Part shown: in pieces, positions 1-7,688 of the stretch
Layout: every line of letters begins with the position of its first letter
How positions within the stretch are numbered: position 1 is the first letter of the stretch
Source of the DNA: a virus
Lineage: Duplodnaviria > Caudoviricetes
Direction: 5' to 3' (one strand)
IMG/VR virus record: IMGVR_UViG_3300044979_000046
Coordinates: 1 to 56,892 of that record
Length of the DNA stretch: 56,892 nt
Program-made: the position numbers and the translations under genes
Notes under the pieces: generated by a model
What the model was told of the DNA's origin: nothing
Databases searched by the model: none
What the model saw: only the letters and a program-made list of their open reading frames with translations

Positions 1-113
1 AGCATGGCAGGGTAGGGTACTGCCGCGGCACCGATGGGTAGGGCGATGGAAGTGTGCAACCAAGTATGGTATAGCAGTGGCGTTGTCGAGGTCGCCTGGT
101 CCGGCGTGGGCAA
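1..113 (+). repeat. GYNNN pentamer-periodic tract (truncated by window edge)
   Basis: Parses as ggcagg gtagg gtact gccgc ggcacc gatgg gtagg gcgat ggaagt...; same grammar as 2845-3490. Confidence 0.7.
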
Positions 114-170
114 TGAAGGAACACCGCAAATCATCGCGGTGTTTAAGCAACCACAGAAAGGGGGAGCAAG

Positions 171-401
171 TTGCATGAGTACCTGTACGATCTATGGTAC
201 TGGTTCCGGGGCGTAAAATGCCCATACGAACCATGCAACCATAAACTATACGGATGGAAAAAACACAAATGCGTTGGAACGCCTGCCGAATACAAGCGTG
301 CGACCATAAAAGCGTTACGTGAGTTACTGGGGAAGTTACCAGCAACTCGACAGACGCACGAAACTTATGAACTAATTAAAAAACTCGAAGACGAAAAATG
401 A
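171..401 (+). CDS. Small hypothetical early protein (Cys/His-rich)
   Basis: ORF with GGGGAG RBS; stop codon overlaps a TGAAGG element. Confidence 0.6.
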   Translation: MHEYLYDLWYWFRGVKCPYEPCNHKLYGWKKHKCVGTPAEYKRATIKALRELLGKLPATRQTHETYELIKKLEDEK

Positions 402-456
402 AGGAGCATGGGTCACTTCACCGCTGACCTGTGCTTAAATTTCAAAGGAGAGAATT

Positions 457-720
457 ATGCTAACAGATATTCGTCCGATGCCGCTAATCAACTTATCGAT
501 CTGCCCTTGTGGAGACAGTGTATTGAAAGACGAGATTAAACTTGGAACGGTCTATAAGTTAGATTTCAAAGATGTCGAGTTAAACTGGCGGTATATTTGC
601 GGTGGGTGCGGAAGGTTAATGCAAGTTCCAGTTATCAGAGTAGATCGAGATGGGTCAAACGGTTATTTGCCTCAAGCGTTATTTATGAAGGTAGGGGATG
701 GAAACTCCCCCTATAAGTAA
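457..720 (+). CDS. Hypothetical protein, CxC/CxxC possible zinc binder
   Basis: AAAGGAGAG RBS; CPCG and CGGCG motifs. Confidence 0.65.
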   Translation: MLTDIRPMPLINLSICPCGDSVLKDEIKLGTVYKLDFKDVELNWRYICGGCGRLMQVPVIRVDRDGSNGYLPQALFMKVGDGNSPYK

Positions 721-1055
721 ACTTGAAAGGAGAGAGTTTATGCCCGGTAATTACTACTTAGCACTAGGAGCATGCTTGTTCTTTTTCATGCTCTTCTTTA
801 CAATGGGCATCGGAACGGCTTTGGATCACACTATGTCATGGTATCGGAGAATAGGAATAAGTTTGTTCTTCTTTTGCATGCCGTTCTTCGTTGGTCGCGA
901 CACGTATAAAGCTGATCACGCTCTTGTCGCATCCCAACCACAAATTTCAACACCATCCGTACCAACTCACTGGTACAAAGGGGGAGAATAAAGCAAGCAT
1001 TATTTATGAAGGTAGGGGATTGAAACTCCCCTATAAGTAAACTTGAAAGGAGAGA
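673..1055 (+). repeat. ~62 bp near-identical direct repeat (673-735 and 994-1055) flanking one gene
   Basis: caagcRttatttatgaaggtaggggatKgaaactcccc(c)tataagtaaacttgaaaggagaga occurs twice. Confidence 0.9.
740..991 (+). CDS. Small two-TM membrane protein
   Basis: ATG at 740 follows the AAAGGAGAG RBS; two hydrophobic segments. Confidence 0.65.
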   Translation: MPGNYYLALGACLFFFMLFFTMGIGTALDHTMSWYRRIGISLFFFCMPFFVGRDTYKADHALVASQPQISTPSVPTHWYKGGE

Positions 1056-1058
1056 AAA

Positions 1059-1793
1059 ATGAAAGAGAACTATGACTTTTCAGGGGGTGTTCGCGGTAAG
1101 TATGTTTATCGTGAAGGCTTGCCAGAAATGCCCAGCAGGATTAAAAAATTGCTAATCGATCCAAAACGCGGTTATCCAGTTCCAAAGTTTGTGGAATGGT
1201 TAATTGGAACAGGAAATGATGCGAAGACGGTCGAGCCAGGAACACCAGGTTCTTATCCTGAGTTCCGCGCCATGCGGCGAGATTTTCTCATTGATTGCGT
1301 GGAACATAGTTTATGCTGGGTTTGCGGTGACCCGTTAGGAAAATGGGTAACCTTTGTAGCTGGGCCGATGTGCGGGGTTAATCGCATATCAGCGGAACCA
1401 CCGTCTCATCACGATTGCGCTACCTTTTCCGCCAAAGCTTGCCCTTTTTTGACGATGCCAAAGATGGTTCGGCGTGAGGATGACCTTATTGACAATAAGA
1501 AACTTGTCGATATGTCTGCGGGAATGGCGATAGCTCGTAATCCAGGTGTTGCTATGTTATGGACGACAGATCGATATGTTGTTATCCAGGACAAAGGTGG
1601 TTTGTTGTTTCGTATGGCCGATCCATTAAAGGTGGAATGGTATGCGGAAGGACGGTTAGCCAGCCGCGAGGAGGTCATTAAGTCGGTGAACTCCGGTCTT
1701 CCAACACTGGAAGAAGCTTGTGAAGGCGACAAAGAACAACTTGAACTGCTAGCCAATATGGTAGTAGAATTCATGCCGAATGTGCCAGCATAG
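1059..1793 (+). CDS. Hypothetical phage protein with Cys motifs; N-terminal YDFSGGVRGKY motif
   Basis: RBS; CWVCG, GPMC, EPPSH..C, CPFL. Confidence 0.75.
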   Translation: MKENYDFSGGVRGKYVYREGLPEMPSRIKKLLIDPKRGYPVPKFVEWLIGTGNDAKTVEPGTPGSYPEFRAMRRDFLIDCVEHSLCWVCGDPLGKWVTFVAGPMCGVNRISAEPPSHHDCATFSAKACPFLTMPKMVRREDDLIDNKKLVDMSAGMAIARNPGVAMLWTTDRYVVIQDKGGLLFRMADPLKVEWYAEGRLASREEVIKSVNSGLPTLEEACEGDKEQLELLANMVVEFMPNVPA

Positions 1794-1876
1794 TTAAGCC
1801 TTGTAACGTTTTGCAATGGAGTAGTTAGGTTGAGTAAAGGAAAAGCCTAGTGGGGTAAGGTGCTGTTTGGCGTAGA
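1792..1876 (+). repeat. GYNNN pentamer-periodic tract
   Basis: gttaa gcctt gtaac gtttt gcaat ggagta gttag gttga gtaaa ggaaaa gccta gtggg gtaag gtgct gtttg gcgta. Confidence 0.75.
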
Positions 1877-1932
1877 TGAAGGAACCAGGGGTTAAACCTC
1901 TGGTTTAAACTCACGAGTTAGGAGAGATTTTC

Positions 1933-2313
1933 ATGGGTAAAAGTCAATTGACAAAAGAACGTGTTCATAAAATATTAGTGGACACGATGATTCACCCGGA
2001 AGAAATCAAGCCCAAGGAATTTGCCAAGATAATAGTTCATGGAATAAAACTCAGTTACAGTTTTAGCCCTGAGCGGTTAAAGTGGCATCGCAAAGCGATT
2101 ATGGGAATGCTAAGCGACCTTGAAGAGAAATTTATTGTCGAAGGTCAAGGTGAATTCTTTGAAAGAATGACCGTTGACCGACACGGTAATAAATGGGGTG
2201 ACGAAAACGACGCTGAAGAACTATTGGTGCTAGCGGGAGCGGTCAATATGATTCGTTCACGGCTGGCGGTTCACGATAGTTGGATAATCGGTTTTGTGAT
2301 CCCAAGGCAATAG
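1933..2313 (+). CDS. Hypothetical protein
   Basis: AGGAGAG RBS, 126 aa ORF. Confidence 0.7.
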   Translation: MGKSQLTKERVHKILVDTMIHPEEIKPKEFAKIIVHGIKLSYSFSPERLKWHRKAIMGMLSDLEEKFIVEGQGEFFERMTVDRHGNKWGDENDAEELLVLAGAVNMIRSRLAVHDSWIIGFVIPRQ

Positions 2314-2346
2314 TAGGGCCTTATTAAGCGATGCTTTGGCGGTAAA

Positions 2347-2556
2347 GTGATGAACATCAAACGTTTTATTCAAAAATTCTACGATCTTGGAAATCCACGT
2401 CGTTGTCTTCAAGGTTGTGGACAATTCGTTCCGAAGGACAAACTATTTTGTTCGCCAGAATGTTTAGCGCGATATAACCCTGAGACGTGGGGTGAAGGTC
2501 GCGGAAGTCAAACATTAGTTCCTGTCTTGAAAAAAAGTTTGAAGGCTACCAGATAA
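2347..2556 (+). CDS. Small zinc-ribbon protein
   Basis: CLQGC...FCSPEC motif. Confidence 0.55.
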   Translation: MMNIKRFIQKFYDLGNPRRCLQGCGQFVPKDKLFCSPECLARYNPETWGEGRGSQTLVPVLKKSLKATR

Positions 2557-2596
2557 AACTGGTAGTAAAGGCTCAAAAGCCTTTAAGGAGAGGACT

Positions 2597-2734
2597 ATGG
2601 AAATTGTATTGGATTTTTTGGTTATCGCAATCTGTGTAGCTGGATTTAAGTTTACAACTACAATTCCAGCACCGCCACCAAAGTCAGAAGAACGATTCCG
2701 TTACAAAGTTCCACCTGCTAACGGATTGAATTGA
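2597..2734 (+). CDS. 45-aa single-TM peptide (not in ORF track)
   Basis: AAGGAGAGG RBS; MEIVLDFLVIAICVAGFKF... Confidence 0.55.
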   Translation: MEIVLDFLVIAICVAGFKFTTTIPAPPPKSEERFRYKVPPANGLN

Positions 2735-2742
2735 GTATAAAA

Positions 2743-2843
2743 ATTACAGCCTTTAGTGGACGCCTCCCTTGAGGGTCTGCTTATTTTTATTGGTTCCTCT
2801 CCGGTAAGTGGACCAGGTTGAGGCGTCCAATAAGGGCTGTAAT
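2743..2843 (+). other. Long stem with branched apex (structured RNA or processing site)
   Basis: ATTACAGCCTTTA-G-TGGACGCCTC pairs with GAGGCGTCCA-A-TAAGGGCTGTAAT. Confidence 0.7.
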
Positions 2844-2844
2844 C

Positions 2845-3490
2845 GTATCAGCAAAGTATAGTGTGGTGTAACACGCAATGGTGGGGCGTGTCCTGGTTGG
2901 GCGGTGGTAAAGCGATACGTGGTGGGGCTGGGTAGTGGCAAAGTGATGTTAGGTTTAGTTCTGCATTGGAAAAGTGCTGCCAAGTTTAGTATTGCGCTGG
3001 CAATGTGAGGCAAAGTAACGTACGGCAATGGAAAGGTGTGGTTGGGTGGAGCACTGGTGAGGTCGAGTAACGCAAGGCGCTGCGACAGTAAGGTAAAGCT
3101 GAGTTATGTCGTGTGTCGGCAAGGCGAGGCGGCGTTCGGTCCTGGTATCGCAGAGCTGAGCGACGTGGCGGTAATGATAGGTGGTGTCAAGTTTCGCCAC
3201 GGCAAGGTAGCGTCTAGTTTAGTAGTGTCACGGCAAAGTGAGGCTTGGTGACGGAAAGGTGCGGCTATGTCCTGTTTAGCACTGCATTGGCAAGGAAAAG
3301 TCTTGTGAGGTGTCGGTAGTGTAGGGTGAGGTAATGGCTGAGTCAAGCAGTGGGCGCATGGGCGTTGTGATATGAAGCGATGTCGGTATCGGCATTGTTG
3401 GGTAGAGTAAAGCACTAGAACTGCAAGGTGAGGTTAAACAATGGCGTCGTACTGAAAGCGATGGAAGGGTTAGGCACAGCACAGCACTAG
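2845..3490 (+). repeat. Long GYNNN pentamer tract punctuated by GG-hexamers
   Basis: e.g. ggcaaa gtgat gttag gttta gttct gcatt ggaaaa gtgct gccaa gttta gtatt gcgct ggcaat gtgag gcaaa gtaac gtacg gcaat. Confidence 0.85.
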
Positions 3491-3495
3491 CTGTG

Positions 3496-3579
3496 CTTGA
3501 GCGGCAAATAGTATTGGCTTAAGAGTAGGATCGAGTAGAGTACACGTCCGAAGATGCCAATGATTATTTGTCGCTCAAG
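3496..3579 (+). other. Long imperfect hairpin
   Basis: CTTGAGCGGCAAATAGT-ATTGGC pairs with GCCAAT-G-ATTATTTGTCGCTCAAG; two G-U wobbles favour the + strand RNA. Confidence 0.7.
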
Positions 3580-3606
3580 GACATCTAGTCCAAATCAAGG
3601 AGAGGT

Positions 3607-4080
3607 ATGAATGGCAAAAAACAATATAGTACCGATTATTCGCAGGGGTTCGCGGTCGGTTTCCTTTATGCCAGCACCGAGCAAAACATTAACACCGTCG
3701 TTGCTCAGGCAGGGGGCACACTTTCTGGACAAGACCTTGCCAGAAGGTTGGGGGAGCTTCTTTTATCCAAGACGAGCGGGTGGGTATTGGACAGTGCCGA
3801 ACGTTTGCCCAAAGTGCGGGCATACACCTCCAAAAGATATGCGATCTCCACTGGCTCGAAGAAGGTACATGTTCGTCCACGTACTGACAGTACACAACCG
3901 AAGCTAAGTCCTCAAGCTATTTATTGGGGAAAGATGACGCCATTGCAACGAAAACGAGAGATGATTCGTCGTGGAATGCTTGGCGGCAAAAAACAGAAAA
4001 CAAAAGCATATCGTGAAAAAATGAGTTTAATTCAAAAAGCGATATGGGCGAAGAAAAGAGAATTGAAGGCTGCCGCGTAA
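3607..4080 (+). CDS. Basic hypothetical protein
   Basis: AAGGAGAGG RBS; K/R-rich C-terminus ending KAAA. Confidence 0.7.
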   Translation: MNGKKQYSTDYSQGFAVGFLYASTEQNINTVVAQAGGTLSGQDLARRLGELLLSKTSGWVLDSAERLPKVRAYTSKRYAISTGSKKVHVRPRTDSTQPKLSPQAIYWGKMTPLQRKREMIRRGMLGGKKQKTKAYREKMSLIQKAIWAKKRELKAAA

Positions 4081-4112
4081 TGCGGCAGTAAGCAACAACC
4101 AAAGGAGAGTTA

Positions 4113-4433
4113 ATGACAGACAAGGAGTTCTTAAAAAAGTATGAAGATTTGGGGCACGCTATTCAATCTGGAATAGCTTGGCAACTTGTACTGGATCATC
4201 CCGAAGTTGCAGACATCAATAATGACGCGAATCTTCGAGCGCATAAGCATCTTCGCGTTGGAATCGATACGAACAAAGCTGATATGGGATCGCTATGCCG
4301 ATTACTTATCGAAAAAGGTATCTTCACTGAAACCGAATATAAAGAAGCCATTATTAATGGCCTTGAAAAAGAAAAGAAGTTTTACGAATCGATCATCAGT
4401 AATCGACTTGGCCGGAAAATAGATTTAGCTTGA
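4113..4433 (+). CDS. Hypothetical protein
   Basis: AAAGGAGAG RBS. Confidence 0.7.
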   Translation: MTDKEFLKKYEDLGHAIQSGIAWQLVLDHPEVADINNDANLRAHKHLRVGIDTNKADMGSLCRLLIEKGIFTETEYKEAIINGLEKEKKFYESIISNRLGRKIDLA

Positions 4434-4486
4434 AGGCTGCCGCGTAATGCGGCAGTAACGGCGGTTGGCCGTTAAGGAGAGAACCG

Positions 4487-4690
4487 ATGTTAAACAAAGA
4501 CCATCAACTATCTGATAGGATTAGAAAACTATTTTGGTGTGTAGCATTTCCAATTCGGCTCGCTTTAAGTATCGTTGCTTGGATTTGGCTGTTCGTCGTC
4601 GCCTTGTTTCTCTATGACGTTGCTTCTGTTATTGCGACAGACATACTACAGTGGGCCTTTATCTACACGCCCAAGAAGGCTGCCGCGTAA
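4487..4690 (+). CDS. Small membrane protein
   Basis: RBS; hydrophobic core; ends KAAA. Confidence 0.65.
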   Translation: MLNKDHQLSDRIRKLFWCVAFPIRLALSIVAWIWLFVVALFLYDVASVIATDILQWAFIYTPKKAAA

Positions 4691-4728
4691 TGCGGCAGTA
4701 ACGGCAGCTAGCCGTTCTGGAGAGAACC

Positions 4729-5154
4729 GTGGAAACAAAAGCGCAGCATGAAGTAAAAGAACTATTTGGTCAGGTTGATCTGGCTGATCCAACGGGATCG
4801 CTTCCACTCAGCGATAAAGAAGAAAATGAGGTTGTTATCGGAAAGATTGATGATGACTATCTCAAAAAGCTTTATCTTGTGGGAATGATTCATCGTCGCG
4901 AGCAAGAACGAAATGAGGTTGAGGTCAAATACGAACGTGATCCAGTGGCTCGAAAAACGTTGGAGGACTCTGTTGTTCGGTCTGGTTATCAAGCAAATGT
5001 TTTAATGAATACTTTTTGGTTTGGTGTTCGCGCTGTCTACGATCTTTGGCAAGAACAAGGCATCGGCGTTCGTGGTGACTGGAATCTTGTTCGAGAGATT
5101 GAAAAAGATGATTCTTTTGGAAAATTTTTACTCAAGAGAATTTCTGGGCAATAG
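4729..5154 (+). CDS. Hypothetical protein
   Basis: GGAGAG RBS, GTG start. Confidence 0.7.
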   Translation: METKAQHEVKELFGQVDLADPTGSLPLSDKEENEVVIGKIDDDYLKKLYLVGMIHRREQERNEVEVKYERDPVARKTLEDSVVRSGYQANVLMNTFWFGVRAVYDLWQEQGIGVRGDWNLVREIEKDDSFGKFLLKRISGQ

Positions 5155-5310
5155 CAGAGTCTTCTCACGCATCGCCATGGTATAGTCCGGTCGCGTATCA
5201 CAACGGTGATGTGAAGTTCGGTGAAGCATTGCCGTGGTAAAGTCAGGCAGAGTTGTGTCTCGCAACGGCGGTGTGAAGTCCAGTGAAGGTGTAGTCAGGT
5301 TAGGCAACGG
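5154..5310 (+). repeat. GYNNN pentamer-periodic tract
   Basis: gcatc gccat ggtata gtccg gtcgc gtatc acaac ggtgat gtgaa gttcg gtgaa gcatt gccgt ggtaaa gtcag gcaga... Confidence 0.8.
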
Positions 5311-5367
5311 TGAAGGCCGGGTGGAAAACACCCGGTAAAAGCCAAAAGGCTTTTTGGAGAGAACCTA

Positions 5368-6021
5368 GTGGAGATTCGTCTGATTAGAACAGATCATCCC
5401 AAGGCACCTGTTATTGGCGCTTCTGTCTATATCATTATAGAAGAAAATGCCGAGAACGTGACCTTATTCCATCCCTTCTATCTGGAAGACTACTCAATCC
5501 CACGCGCAGAATATGTGCTATGTCGAGGCTCCGTCTTGTGGCCTGGGAATGACTTGGAAGATAATGTAAATTACGGAAAAAAGATTGTACAAATGATCGA
5601 GTCAAGAGTAGAATTCTTTCGATCTGTAAAGCGTAAATTGCCGACACGGTCAGTCTTCCGATGTCTGGCCACTTTAAAAGGTGTACCAGTCAGCGAGATC
5701 GAAAAGTCGGATATGGGTGTTGAGATAACCAGTAGCCTTGATCCAAAATCCCGAGAAGTAGTTCAATACGAGCTTGCCAAGAAATTGACAAACGCCGCGT
5801 TGGAAAAATTCAAGCGTTCCCCTAGAACCATGGAAATACTTGGAGTACTTCAAAAGGGTCCAGCAACGGTTACGGGAATTTCTTCAGTCATAAAGTACGC
5901 GCCGAAGTTGAAGGTAAGTGGACAAGATTTGGCTAAGGCCAAAGAACGAGAAATCCTATGGGTTATTCGGGAAACATTGATACCCAAGGGAATCGTTAAA
6001 GTCAAAGGAGAAAGTCAATGA
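5368..6021 (+). CDS. Hypothetical protein, possible C-terminal winged helix
   Basis: RBS; EILGVLQKGPATVTGIS resembles a wHTH start. Confidence 0.65.
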   Translation: MEIRLIRTDHPKAPVIGASVYIIIEENAENVTLFHPFYLEDYSIPRAEYVLCRGSVLWPGNDLEDNVNYGKKIVQMIESRVEFFRSVKRKLPTRSVFRCLATLKGVPVSEIEKSDMGVEITSSLDPKSREVVQYELAKKLTNAALEKFKRSPRTMEILGVLQKGPATVTGISSVIKYAPKLKVSGQDLAKAKEREILWVIRETLIPKGIVKVKGESQ

Positions 6022-6434
6022 ACGAAAATGATGAACTAAACGGCTCCTCACCTGTTGAGGATTCAACTCCATCCGCAACTCCCAAAAAGAAAACAAAGAA
6101 GAAAGCTGCGAAGAAAGCTGCCAAGAAAACCAAGAAGAAGAAGACTGGTTCAACGGCACCTCGTGGTCGTAAGCTTTATTCTTTGCGAGCGAGCGTTAAG
6201 GTTGACGAGTTCAACCCCAAGACGCACGCGGGAGCAGTCGTCCATGCCCTGGATAAGATTGAAGAAGGGACTTCAGCGGACATCGTGGCACAAGTAACCA
6301 AGGACAAGAAAATTGTCGTTGGAATGAAAACGGGAATTAAAGGTGCAGTACAGTTCGTGCTGTGGGAACTGTCGCACAAGCGAGATGTTCTTAAGACCCG
6401 TGAAAAGACCAAAACTGAGAAGGCTGCTGCTTAA
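6018..6434 (+). CDS. Lys/Ala-rich histone-like nucleic-acid-binding protein
   Basis: KKKTKKKAAKKAAKKTKKKK tract; AAAGGAG RBS. Confidence 0.65.
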   Translation: MNENDELNGSSPVEDSTPSATPKKKTKKKAAKKAAKKTKKKKTGSTAPRGRKLYSLRASVKVDEFNPKTHAGAVVHALDKIEEGTSADIVAQVTKDKKIVVGMKTGIKGAVQFVLWELSHKRDVLKTREKTKTEKAAA

Positions 6435-6552
6435 GCCGTCCCTCGCGTTCCCCAGGTTAAAAGCCTGGGGAATTTTTATGCGGTAAAAGATTGGCCAAGC
6501 AAAGGAGGTGCCTCATGGCAACCACTATAGTGTACTAGTGGAGGATGTTTCC

Positions 6553-7269
6553 ATGAAGCCTTATTTCTCGAAGCTGCTGACAGAGCAAGAACGCGCTAAT
6601 TCAAAAGCAAAGTCAGCGAAGTGGGGAAAGAGATTGAAGTATAATCCTGACTCCGATTATGAAGATGAACCAGTTCGTGCATCTTCTTCCCGCCATCAAC
6701 AACAACGATGGTCGAATGATGGTAACAAAAGCTTGACCGACTCGCTCGGTTCATTACACGGTTTTCTTCGTAAGAACATTGGTAAACCCTGGAATGAGGT
6801 TTACTCGCATCTCGCAAAGAACCTGGATCGTCGTAGCGTGAGTGGCCATCACGTTTGGACGCATATCTGGGATTTTGTTGAAAAAGATGCGCTCCTATAC
6901 ACGGATGGGGCTATCAGGACAGTACGAGGCTATACTCCTCACTGGTATTACGTTCATCCCCACACTGGAATTCTTTGCGATTCTAGAAATAATGGTTGGT
7001 TTAATGGAAGGCCGAAGAAAAAGAAAACCAACTATCATTTTGAAATTAAGTTGAATGATAGAACGTACTATGCGTTGATTGACGGTATTTGGTATCACAC
7101 TAAGAAATCGGTTATCAACGTCTATAGTACGGAACGTGGATGGCGTGACAAGTATTATGTCAGAACTACGCAAGAAGCCGTCTATTCCAATAAACGTCAA
7201 CTTGGAAAGAAAGAACTCAAAAAACTTGGTTTAAAATCGGGGCAGGCCCATATTGGGCCTGTCCTGTAA
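6553..7269 (+). CDS. Basic hypothetical protein
   Basis: GGAGG RBS before ATG 6553 (GTG 6508 also has an RBS). Confidence 0.7.
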   Translation: MKPYFSKLLTEQERANSKAKSAKWGKRLKYNPDSDYEDEPVRASSSRHQQQRWSNDGNKSLTDSLGSLHGFLRKNIGKPWNEVYSHLAKNLDRRSVSGHHVWTHIWDFVEKDALLYTDGAIRTVRGYTPHWYYVHPHTGILCDSRNNGWFNGRPKKKKTNYHFEIKLNDRTYYALIDGIWYHTKKSVINVYSTERGWRDKYYVRTTQEAVYSNKRQLGKKELKKLGLKSGQAHIGPVL

Positions 7270-7275
7270 TTTTTT
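7238..7275 (+). terminator. Intrinsic terminator
   Basis: CGGGGCAGGCCCA-TAT-TGGGCCTGTCCTG followed by a T-run. Confidence 0.65.
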
Positions 7276-7277
7276 AG

Positions 7278-7306
7278 TGGACATCGATTTCGTTCGATGT
7301 TATAGT
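7278..7306 (+). promoter_or_regulatory. Sigma70-type promoter with palindromic spacer
   Basis: TGGACA-17-TATAGT with extended TG; ACATCGA-N6-TCGATGT inverted repeat. Confidence 0.65.
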
Positions 7307-7315
7307 TTCGCCATT

Positions 7316-7669
7316 ATGACATAGATTACTTCAGTTGACCGTTACGTTTATGTCTTTGTCAGACAGGATATACCCGCCGAGCATCAAGCAGTTCAATCTC
7401 TGCACGCTGTCTACCAGCTAGCTTCCAGCTACCGTCCCGATCCGGGCATTCCCAATATCATTTACATCGGCGTACCTCACCTTAAATCGTTGAGAAAGGT
7501 ACGCGACAAGCTTGTCGAGTGGAAGATTCCGCATTACGAATATACGGAACCCGACAATGACTTTGGTTTTACTTCAATAGCAACGATTCCATTGGAAGAA
7601 GAGTATCGTTTTATATTCCAAGATTATCGGCTATTGAAATTTGCGGGTGCTGAGAAATCAGTGGCTTAA
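7316..7669 (+). CDS. Pth2-like peptidyl-tRNA hydrolase with in-frame amber at codon 3 (not in ORF track)
   Basis: ATG ACA TAG then 114 open codons: YVFVRQDIPAEHQAVQSLHA...IPHYEYTEPDNDFGFTSIATIP, resembling the PTH2 VRxD..Q..HA and C-terminal D/T motifs. Confidence 0.7.
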
Positions 7670-7687
7670 ATGCCGACACCCGCACCA
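7643..7687 (+). ncRNA. Mini tRNA-like element ending in ACCA
   Basis: GCGGGTG/CACCCGC 7-bp stem + ACCA enclosing two small hairpins. Confidence 0.5.
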
Positions 7688-7688
7688 T

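Larger units (their letters stand above)
114..5338 (+). repeat. Dispersed TGAAGG-hairpin-TAA element, 10 copies (starts 114, 399, 686, 1007, 1877, 2540, 4064, 4431, 4674, 5311)
   Basis: Each copy is (T/A)GAAGG, a 6-11 bp stem-loop, then TAA, followed by a GGAG-type RBS of the next gene. Confidence 0.85.

Noticed and set aside
2753-3482. ORFs on both strands across the pentamer tract (also 34..216 and 5128..5331)
   Set aside because: No RBS, period-5 rather than period-3 structure, and low-complexity translations; by-products of the repeat
2845-3490. CRISPR or TIGR-like array
   Set aside because: No constant-length conserved repeat alternating with spacers, and no cas or Nop-domain gene recognised
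3516-3560. Hammerhead ribozyme in the hairpin apex
   Set aside because: Lacks the CUGANGA and GAAA core
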